This document shows positions 37,629 through 46,431 of a stretch of DNA of 64,000 nt, in pieces. The notes beneath the pieces are model-generated. The model was not told the origin of the DNA and did not search any database. It was given only the letters and a program-made list of their open reading frames with translations. The position numbers and the translations under genes were made by a program. Positions within the stretch are counted from its first letter, which is position 1. Every line of letters begins with the position of its first letter. This stretch comes from Phyllosticta citribraziliensis (Eukaryota): positions 3,224,001 to 3,288,000 of the forward strand of contig NW_027117338.1 in the NCBI RefSeq assembly GCF_038025025.1. Reading direction: 5' to 3'.

Positions 37629-39683
37629 TTAGTGCAGAATTTTGAGCAAGTCGTGATCGCAATCCTTGAGAACGGTGTACAAGAACAGGGCCCCGTCTAT
37701 CGTTCGAAGGTCCATGACTGTTTTGGGCATTTCTCGGCAGACAGACGAGATTGTATCTCCAAGCGGTACAGGTTCCCGGCCAGTAGCATCGCAGACGCTT
37801 TGGAAAAGCTCTGTTAGCAAATTCTCCAGATATTGCCGTCGCTTTGTAGTTTGGGGACCAGCAGTGGAACTTTTGACCAAGTGGCGGTTTCGGATCATTT
37901 TGTAAAAGTCTGTTTCAAAAATGGTCGGAATTTGGTTCTCATACAGAATCCGCAGCTTCCTTTCACTGACATATGTTCCATGTATGACCAATGTTGCCGA
38001 CTTTATCTTTCGTTGTTCAACCAAAGCCTCGCCCCCACACCGAGCAATGAGTTCACATGCTTGAAGCCTAGACAGGCAAGTCAAACGGCCTGTCAAGCCA
38101 ATTGTCCAATTTTGTAGGCACGGCTCGGGTGTGGTAAGAAAGTCGAGGAGATTTTTACTGGCTTCTTCGGCTTCATTGCTGATTGTTTTGGCGTCATCCT
38201 TTCGGCGAGCTTTCTTCACTTCTGAGGTGGGAAGTTTAGAGTCTTTGGGAGGTTCATTCGCAGCCTGCGCTGATTGGACGCCTTCTTCATTGACGGCTTT
38301 GAGGCCATTGAAAGTGATTGGGCCATTTTCTGGAGCCTCCTCCTGTCGGCGAGCTCTCTTCACTTCCGAGGTGGGAGGTTTAGAGTCTTTGGGAGGTTCA
38401 TTCGCGGCCTGCGCTGCTTGGACACCTTCTTCATCGACAACTTTGGGGCCATTGGAAGTGGTTGGGCCATTTTCTGGAGCCTCCTCCTTGTCCTCCTTAG
38501 CACCCTCAATCGGCAAGCCCAGCTCGGCAAAACGAGGGTGCGGGGGTGTCGGTCTCAACTGTTTCCTCTTTTCGTTCATGATATGATACAGCGCAAGCCC
38601 AGCGTAGGCATCGGCAGCAGCGTAGTCGACTTGAGCCAGGTTTAAGCCTCGAGACCAATTACCACATCGGATTCTGCCTACTTTTGGCAAAGGAAACCCG
38701 ATATATGTTTTGATCTGGGTGGCTAACGCACATAGATTCTTGGGATACGTTCCACTAGCCGTCCTCGTGTTTTGGAGGACGTGGAAGAAGTGGCTCAGTT
38801 CAACGAATCCACGAGGATTGAGACCCAAGAATTTTTGAATCCTTTTGCCATCGGCGGTCCACACGGCCACACCAGTCTTGATGACGTCCCGAGACTCAAT
38901 CAGGGAAATCAACGATGGTGGGATGAGTTCCTTTGTAGTGTTGCCTCCTTGAAATTGAGCGATGTGGAAGACGACCACGGTGGATTCCGAAGCGACTTGC
39001 ATGACGGATATGTTCCTTTTGATCGTATCTTCGGGACTCGCGTAGCTTTCCCATTCCATGTCAAAACCCACAACTTTCTCTTTAAGGAATGGTTTGCAGA
39101 GTTCCTCGGCTTTTTTGAAATTTGTGCAGTAATGAACTGTGACTGGCTTTCCTTCGGGATCGCGGTAGAGCTTGTGGGTGAAGTATTGGGGGGGATCGCT
39201 TCGTATGCCATTGATTGGGGGTGGAGGCGAAGGTATCGCGAATCGAGGAGTGTAGGGCGCTTCGGTCTGCTCCTCCGCTTTGGCTGCGCCCCTTTTCGAC
39301 GATGGCTTGGACTCGGAAGTAGAGGAATGTCGTCCCACGGTATCGGGTCGGAGACGGCGGACCAAGTCATCTACTGCATCAATAATCGAGGAGTCGAAAA
39401 AGTCGTCAGACCCGGCATCCGATGCAGGTGACTTGGTTGTAGCACTTTTGATCGAGTCAAAAGACCCATCATCCTGAAGATGGTTCATGGCATCGTATGG
39501 CACCCTGCGGACCTGAAAGTTGGCGCGCGCATTCGAGGAAGGTCTGGTCGTGTGGGTCTTGCGAAAGGCAAGGAATGCGGCAAAGTGGTGAGCTGGAGGG
39601 CGTCGAATACGAGTGAGAGGTGCTTTCGAGTACAGACTGACACCAGCCGCAGGAGACAGGGCACGGCGACCGGGTAGAATCAT
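37629..39683 (-). CDS. DEDDy 3'-5' exonuclease (WRN-exo/EXD2-like) with internal duplication and C-terminal BRCT-like and HRDC-like modules
   Basis: VVGFDMEW (Exo I), IKTGVAVWTADG (Exo II), W...L...QVDYAAADAY (Exo III); TIGLTGRLTCLSRLQACELIARCGG...IPTIFETDFYKMI; MPKTVMDLRTIDG. Confidence 0.85.
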   Translation of the reverse strand: MILPGRRALSPAAGVSLYSKAPLTRIRRPPAHHFAAFLAFRKTHTTRPSSNARANFQVRRVPYDAMNHLQDDGSFDSIKSATTKSPASDAGSDDFFDSSIIDAVDDLVRRLRPDTVGRHSSTSESKPSSKRGAAKAEEQTEAPYTPRFAIPSPPPPINGIRSDPPQYFTHKLYRDPEGKPVTVHYCTNFKKAEELCKPFLKEKVVGFDMEWESYASPEDTIKRNISVMQVASESTVVVFHIAQFQGGNTTKELIPPSLISLIESRDVIKTGVAVWTADGKRIQKFLGLNPRGFVELSHFFHVLQNTRTASGTYPKNLCALATQIKTYIGFPLPKVGRIRCGNWSRGLNLAQVDYAAADAYAGLALYHIMNEKRKQLRPTPPHPRFAELGLPIEGAKEDKEEAPENGPTTSNGPKVVDEEGVQAAQAANEPPKDSKPPTSEVKRARRQEEAPENGPITFNGLKAVNEEGVQSAQAANEPPKDSKLPTSEVKKARRKDDAKTISNEAEEASKNLLDFLTTPEPCLQNWTIGLTGRLTCLSRLQACELIARCGGEALVEQRKIKSATLVIHGTYVSERKLRILYENQIPTIFETDFYKMIRNRHLVKSSTAGPQTTKRRQYLENLLTELFQSVCDATGREPVPLGDTISSVCREMPKTVMDLRTIDGALFLYTVLKDCDHDLLKILH
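38200..38487. repeat. In-frame tandem duplication, 2 x 144 bp (48 aa), inside the exonuclease gene
   Basis: tggagcctcc occurs at 38331 and 38475. Protein copies: EEAPENGPTTSNGPKVVDEEGVQAAQAANEPPKDSKPPTSEVKRARRQ and EEAPENGPITFNGLKAVNEEGVQSAQAANEPPKDSKLPTSEVKKARRK. Confidence 0.95.
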
Positions 39684-39896
39684 GCTCGTGGTGAAGATGG
39701 ACTCGGCCGCGAGCGTCGACGCGAAGGAAGACGCGACGCGGGAGACGGGATCGAGTTGCCAAGCGCATGGCTCGCAAGAAGGGCCGAGCTTCCATGCGGA
39801 TGAGCCCCACCCACCGCACCACCTCATCGTTGCCTTCGACTACTGCTCTTCTCTACTCTTCCATCTCACCCGTCCTTCTCAGCTACCCACGAAATC

Positions 39897-41474
39897 ATGC
39901 CCGACGACCGGAAGCCCCCAGTCGAGAACCCAAACAACCACCAAGACAAACCGCAACGTCCTGAAGATGAGAATCCATTCATAGCTTTCCGCCGCTACGC
40001 CGACGAGCAGGTCTCATCGATTCTAAACGCCTTCGGCCTCCCCTTGTCTTGGAATCCGCAGCACTGGAACGACGAACGCATCCAGGAATTGAAATCATGG
40101 ATAACCGAACGAAAGACTCCCAGCGGGAAAGAGGATGCCGCCAGTAGCTCGCCTCAGGACCCACCGTCCTGGATAAAGATCTGGGCCCCCGATGGTCGCG
40201 AGGTCAAACCCAAGGTCGTCGAAAATGACGACGGAAGCAAGACTTACTACTGGACTAACTCCTGGTCCTGGCCGCCGAAAGAAAGCGCCAAGACGGACAA
40301 CGCAAACGACCTCGATGCGACACAAAGGCAGGCTGTGGAAGAAGCGCGGCGCAATGCCGAAAAGGAAATGCAAGAGCTGTCCAACATGTTCAAGTCCTTT
40401 TTCGGTACAGAAGAGGAAAAGGCCGCTCAGGATCAACCCAAAAGTGGCTCGGTCTTAGACTGGGTATGGCCCAGCCAGCCCAAGTCCAATCCCGAGAAGG
40501 GTGTAGACATGTCGAAAGAAGCATCTCCAGAGCAAGAATCCAAGAGCTCACGAGAGAAGTTTTGGGGCCGCCACCATGGCCCCTGTCGCTCTCGCGACTC
40601 GGAAGATCAAGGCGTCACCGCTCCTCTCCACAGCCACCACGGTTTCCCACCCTTTATGCATTTCCACGGACCCCGGTTTGGACCGCACCGCTTTGGGGAC
40701 TCCCGGATGCGCTGGCTCCTCTCGCACCCATACTCTCCGGTGGTCCTGGAAGCAGAAAACACAAAATCCAAAGTCCACGGCCCCAACTTCGTCGACGCGT
40801 TCGAAGACTTGCTGCGCGTAGAGCAGGGCCTACCAATCGACGAGCGTTGGGCCTGGGAGCGCGACATGTGGCCGCGCCGCATGCGGCTCATGTCCATCCT
40901 GCATAGCCCACACCCCAAGACCCAAGAATTTTGGAACAACATGCATGAGGGCGGCGATTGGTATGTCGCAAAGGACGGCTTGAAGCCATTGCAGGAACAA
41001 GCCAAATCATTGCCTTTGCCCGAAGCATCCAAAGACGAGACTGTTGCGCCGCAGAAGAGCAGCGGTGACGAGCATGACGAAGCGTACGAGCGCTTTCTGG
41101 GCTCCTCGAGCTCAGGGCCGAAAACGGAGCTCGACGCATACGAGCAGCTCCTGGGCGGCGACTCTGCGTCTTCGCCGGCCATCAAGCAACCGCATCAACG
41201 AACCGAGCATCAAACTGCGAAAATAGCAGAAAAACCGACCCCAGAAGTCGTCCAAGCCTCGCCCATTCTCTCCACCGTCACCTCAACCGAGCGCACCGTC
41301 CTCCCCGACGGCACCGTCACGACCAAAGTGGTTTTCCGCAAGCGCTTTGCTGATGGCCGCGAGGAGAGCTCTGAGACTGTCAACACGACGAGAGGCGATG
41401 CTGCCTCTGCGGCGCCCGAAGCTGCTGCAAATGCCGAGACCACGAGCAGTGGCGGTTGGTTTTGGTCAAAGTGA
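39897..41474 (+). CDS. Conserved fungal hypothetical protein (525 aa), divergent from the exonuclease gene
   Basis: Long intronless ORF with ENPFIAFRRYADEQVSS, PYSPVVLE, AFEDLL, TELDAYE, STVTSTERTVLPDGTVTTKVVFRKRFADGREES and C-terminal GWFWSK. Confidence 0.8.
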   Translation: MPDDRKPPVENPNNHQDKPQRPEDENPFIAFRRYADEQVSSILNAFGLPLSWNPQHWNDERIQELKSWITERKTPSGKEDAASSSPQDPPSWIKIWAPDGREVKPKVVENDDGSKTYYWTNSWSWPPKESAKTDNANDLDATQRQAVEEARRNAEKEMQELSNMFKSFFGTEEEKAAQDQPKSGSVLDWVWPSQPKSNPEKGVDMSKEASPEQESKSSREKFWGRHHGPCRSRDSEDQGVTAPLHSHHGFPPFMHFHGPRFGPHRFGDSRMRWLLSHPYSPVVLEAENTKSKVHGPNFVDAFEDLLRVEQGLPIDERWAWERDMWPRRMRLMSILHSPHPKTQEFWNNMHEGGDWYVAKDGLKPLQEQAKSLPLPEASKDETVAPQKSSGDEHDEAYERFLGSSSSGPKTELDAYEQLLGGDSASSPAIKQPHQRTEHQTAKIAEKPTPEVVQASPILSTVTSTERTVLPDGTVTTKVVFRKRFADGREESSETVNTTRGDAASAAPEAAANAETTSSGGWFWSK

Positions 41475-42805
41475 TGCGAGGTATGACCTGACAGCCACGG
41501 TTGTGGACAGATGGTGAGGGGATTGGTAGGTGCGGGCGGCGCAGCAAGGCGTTTTCGTGATATACCAGGGCATCTCATCTCATCTCCATCCACAGGTGTT
41601 TTGACTCCTTTTGCTTACTTTACTGTCAGTATCATTTTCCTTGCTCTGAGGTTCTGCCAGCTTGGTTGTACTGTACGGTAGGCTCTCTCCTTCTTTTCTC
41701 TTCTCACCCCACTCCTCTCAGTACTTCCTTACTCTTCTCCGCATTCTTGTCCTGTGTTTATGACTAACGCCCGCCTTTGAATTGATCTTTGCTCCATCTG
41801 TCTGACTTCCTTGCATGAGAGACTTTCGCTGCGGTCGTTTGTCTTGTGAAATTTTGACCTTCGAATGCTTGTGAATTGTTTTTAGGGAGTGGAGGTTTAG
41901 ATAACAGATTCGCTTGTCATGTCTCAGCTTAATATTGATAATGGCCTGCGACATCAATTTGCCAGTTCATGGTGAGAATGGCCACAGGCCAACGTTTCAC
42001 AACTGGGTCGCCCCGCAACGACACAGCGAATTCCACGAGCTTAACTTCTTAGAATTCTCGACTTACCATAGCCAGAGAGCACGCCCTTTGCACTTGAAAA
42101 TTGCAACGTTGGCCATTGGGACTTGCTCTACTCTTGCAGTCTAGGCATCTCGCACTGCTAGGCCAACTCCAACGACATGTCCACGCAGAGCGAGAGAGAG
42201 AGAGGCGATGACAGTGCTAGAGTTGACTGCTCCTCCTCTCCGCCCTCACCCAAACATCTCTCTCAACAACCAGACCCGATATCGTCTCCTGCTAGCTGTG
42301 AGAACTTCTTCCAAAACAAAGAAGCGCCCTGCCTCGACGAAATAGGTGTGTTAACGAGACGCAAAGAGCTTTGAGGTTAATAAAATACTAAGTATAGCTC
42401 ACACCCAACCCTAGATCGCTGCAAAATTTGTTTTCACCGGTCATCGACGCTGTCGGTACACTCCATACGGGTATAAAGCTGCCAGAGTGGCTCACAAACG
42501 CGCACTGAGTCTCTCGCCCTTCTGACACGGGCTCTCCGTCGCCCCGACAGGCGGCATCAAGCACTGTGCGTCAAACTAAGCACTCAATCGTTCGCTCGTC
42601 CACTTGCTCGCCCGCTGCTGCTGGCTGGTTGCAACATCTACGCGTGCGAATGCAACGAAGAGATCCTCTTAAGCTCGTTCTCGTTCTCTTCCTCGAACAA
42701 GACCCTCCTTGAGAGCCGATCAGTCCAAAAGGTATGCATTTGTAATAGGCGACAAGATAGCCCGCCCACACAACCAACGCCTTTTCAAATGAATGCATAA
42801 CTAAC

Positions 42806-43633
42806 ATGGCAGCCAGAACACCTACGCGATGAGCAGCAGTCATTCTCCCGCAACGAACGCTGAGGCGTCTTTCGTTCCTCGGGCTGCCGGTCGAACTGCG
42901 CATCTGCGTCTACGAGTTCGCCATGGACTTCGCCGGCGTTGTCAGGACGCTGGATAAGTTTCACAAGGAGAATCTCGAAAAAGAAAGTGCAGCACGGTCA
43001 AGACACCCTCAGGCGTCCGAAGCCGTAATCGAACTGTCGACGCCAGGGCTCCTTCTGGCCAACAAGCAGGTCGCGCACGAGGCGCTAGACGTGCTGCACA
43101 AGAAGGAGTTGCGCATACCCCGGTACGCTTTCATGGAGTTATACGCGAAGAGGAACGGGAGTTTCATGAATATCATGTGCCGCCCTCTACTGCAAAAGCT
43201 AAGACACGTGTCCTTTGAGTGGCACGTCAATTCTTTCACCCTCGGCATGATGAGAGTCTCGTGGTGTGGTCATTCCGTCCCGGATCGCCTCGCAGGACCT
43301 GCGGTCGCCGCGTGGCGCGAGAGGAATTTTCTCGAGACGCTCGAGTTCATCTTTATTTACCTGCCCCTGCCCCTGAACCCCGAGAGCCCAGACCAGCCCC
43401 AAAGGCGAGCTTGGCAAGATTGCGGGGATTCCATCAAGCTGATGGCGATGGTGGCGGGAAACGTCCTCGGGACTGACGACGATTTTGTCAGGGAGAGGAT
43501 CGAGGAACGCTTCAGGGTGCTGGAGGGGAATATGAAAAAGCTGGTTTCGAACCATTACAAAGTGTTGTTGGACATAAGAAATCGAAAATTCGCCTTTCAT
43601 TCTTTGAAGCAGCCGAGGTGGAGGTGTGAGTAG
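42806..43633 (+). pseudogene. F-box-like N-terminal motif protein, paralog A; 5' end disrupted or mis-sequenced
   Basis: In frame upstream of ORF 42923 lies RRLSFLGLPVELRICVYEFAMDF. The in-frame ATG (42806) is followed by TGA at 42830, and the ATG at 42829 is one base out of frame. Also TPGLLLANKQVAHEALDVL. Confidence 0.55.
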
Positions 43634-43841
43634 CCAGCCATCTATGAATGGCCGTCGCGAGTGCCGCCTCAGATGGCTCTGCGTGGAGGGACTTTTTTGG
43701 CGCCTTTTTGCTTTGGGATATTGAGGCCCTATATGAAATTGATAATCTTTCGCCATGCCTGATGTGATGTACGAATGCGTGCCATGCAGTAATGGATAGG
43801 TGTGAGGGTAATGTAATGTAATGTGGGTCTCTTCTCTCCAT

Positions 43842-44357
43842 TCATTTGCGATGTAAATCAAGCTGCGCTTCGAAGCACTGGAAAATAACTCGCTGGCAAT
43901 CAATTTCGAGCTTAGACAAGTGCAACATGAGATAACAGAGAACGTCACACAGGCTAAGATGACGACTACATTCGTCATGACTCTTGTCGCGGGTAAAATC
44001 AACATCCTTCACCCTCAGCAGCAGCGGCCGGCACATAAGATCCGTCATCTTGCCATTCGGCGTCATGGCGTGCGGGATCCTCAACGTCTTCTTATGTAGC
44101 ACGTGCCGCGCCTCGTGCGAGACCTGTCTGTTGACCAGCAGGAGGCCCGGCGTGGCCAGCGGCGGCCAGCCAGACGGGTCGTCCGCTGGGGCCCCGCGCA
44201 GGTGCGCCTCGTACTGCCTGTTCAGCACGCGCGCCACGCCGTCGAAGTCGAGCGCGAAGGCGTAGATCTGGATGCGAAGCTCGGCTGGCAGCGTGAGGAG
44301 CGTGGATCGACGACGTTGGAGAGATGCTGGGGATTTCGCTGTTGTGGAAGGATGCAT
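43842..44357 (-). CDS. F-box-like N-terminal motif protein, paralog B (171 aa; shorter C-terminus)
   Basis: STLLTLPAELRIQIYAFALDFDGV, TPGLLLVNRQVSHEARHVLHKKTLRIP, MCRPLL; clearly homologous to 42806..43633. Confidence 0.7.
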   Translation of the reverse strand: MHPSTTAKSPASLQRRRSTLLTLPAELRIQIYAFALDFDGVARVLNRQYEAHLRGAPADDPSGWPPLATPGLLLVNRQVSHEARHVLHKKTLRIPHAMTPNGKMTDLMCRPLLLRVKDVDFTRDKSHDECSRHLSLCDVLCYLMLHLSKLEIDCQRVIFQCFEAQLDLHRK

Positions 44358-44787
44358 TGCCAGGCCTTGTGCTCTGGGTTGTTGTCGTTGGTGGTGCTGA
44401 GACGCTGTGACAGACTGGGAATGCCTGAGGTTGTGTCGGGTGCTGTCTCGTTCTGCTGCTCAGAGCGGTGTAGGCACGCGAAGATACTGCGACCAGCAGC
44501 GGTGGGTGAGTGGACTGGGAAGAGCATCGGGTTCAAGTTCAAGTACTGAGATTATTGCATGGTGTATACCACCCGACTACCGTGAGCGAAGGAAGAGGAG
44601 ACTGTTGTAGGTGTTTGAGAGTCCCGTAGGCAACTTGAAACTGGCTTGGCGTATCGCATGCGATGGCCCAAGAGACCGCTGTGCTAGAGATGAATTTTAA
44701 CCGTTTGCCGTGCCTGAGATGATATACGAATGCGTGCCGTGCAATGGATGAATGGACAGATGAGATGTGTCCAACCCAGTCTCCAGT

Positions 44788-46258
44788 CTATGCCTTATCC
44801 TCCGCACCCTCCCATTTCTTCCTTGCCTTCTCCTCATCCGCCTCACTCCACTCCCGGGGCAAAAGCGCAAAGCAGAGGTAACTCGTGTGCGTCTTGATGT
44901 CCGGCTCCGTCCGATGCACCAGCCGGCCCTCGCGGTAGGTCTTGCGCTCCTTCTCCAGCTCTTTGATCTTGAGCAAACGCTGCCCCTTGCTCTCCTTGCC
45001 CCAGCCCTTTTCAACGGTGCCGTCTTCTCCCGCGGCACCGCCATTGGCCGCAGCCGCCGCTGCAGCCGTGCTCTCGTGGAAAAGCTTCAGGCGGCCTTCG
45101 ACTTCGCGCAGGCGTCCTAGCGCCTCGTCGACGGTCGCCGGCATGGGAATCGTCCCGCGCAGCCCTTCTTCTTGCAGTCCGATGCGCTCGCGCCGCACGT
45201 CGATCCGCCGGTGCAGCACCTCGACCATTTCGATGTTCGTCCAGCCCAGTCGGCGCAATTCGGTGGTTGTGCGCTGCACCTGCTCAATGCACGGCGAAAA
45301 GGTGCACAGCCGGATCGTCTTGCGCGGATTGAGCGGCGAGCGCCACGCGGCCGCATCGCCATCGTTGGTCGACGACGGCTGCGGCGTGCTCTCGCTCGAC
45401 GATTTGGCGGCAGGCCTCGAGCGGCTGAGGTGCTTCACGGCCATCCAGGGCGCCGGCAGGTCGAGGAAGACGGCATCGGCCTGCGGCACGGCGCCGTCGA
45501 GCGTCTTGCCGAAGCCGTCCTCGTAGACGTCGGCGTGGGTGACGGTGACGAGCGGGTCTATCCTGTGCTCCCTCAGCTCCTCGCGCAGCTTCTCGGCGCG
45601 CTGCTCGTGGAACTCGAAGCTGTAGACGTGGCCTTGTCGCTTGCGCTTCTTGCTGTCGGCGCCCCCGTTTGCGTGTGCCCCGTTTTCTGCCGATGGGTAC
45701 CCGTTGAATACGGCTCGCACTGCGGCATGCGTGAAGGACCCGCTGCCGGCGCCGGCTTCGATTAGGGTGTCCCCGGGTCGCACGCGCAGCCGTTGGAGGA
45801 CGTAGCTGTAGTCGGGCGTGTAGACGACTTGGGTGCGGTGGGGGAGAGACGTGGTCCAGGTCTCCGGAGTAGGCGGCACAATGTGGGCGAAACCGCTTGT
45901 TGTAGCGCCAGCATCGGGTCTACGACACAGTCAATGGAGATTCGAGGCTCAATGGGTAAGATTGGACTCACTGCGCGCCGTCTTCACCTCCCTCGTCCTC
46001 GCGCTTCCTCTTCTTGGCGCTCTTTTTACCTCGTCCCCGGTGATCCACTACTGCAGCACGCACTTGTGTTCCCCATGGTATGTTGACGAGATTGCTGTGC
46101 GGAAACGAGCCAAAGCGAGTGTTTATTACGCGGTTGGTGTCCGTGGTTGACGTCTCGAGGATGACGGGAGTGAGCAGGTCGCGCTTGAGATGGATGAGAG
46201 CGAGCTGGCCCTCGGCCGTTTGGGCGCCAGGATCGATAAAGGGCGAGATAGCAGCCAT
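44788..46258 (-). CDS. TRM61: tRNA (adenine58-N1)-methyltransferase catalytic subunit (Trm61/Gcd14); intron 45920-45971
   Basis: NTRFGSFPHS, PTPETWTTSLPHRTQVVYTPD, EAGAGSGSFTHA, SFEFHEQR, VFLDLPAPW, FSPCIEQV, KTHTSYL. Confidence 0.96.
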
Positions 46259-46431
46259 GGAGACCGAGTTGTTGTGTTGCAGTTGCAGTGGCCGGTGGAA
46301 AAAGTTCCATGCGATCCATGCCCCGCGAAAATGATGAGCGGCAGGGTTCAGCGGCGCTGCTTTGACGCCGCAACTCTGCGCTACCTGACCTCGCTGCGTT
46401 GACTCAAACAATGAAAACCGCGCCCCCATAG
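46259..46431. promoter_or_regulatory. Short (173 bp) head-to-head intergenic region, probable bidirectional promoter for TRM61 and CysRS
   Basis: Divergent start codons at 46258 (-) and 46432 (+). Confidence 0.6.
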
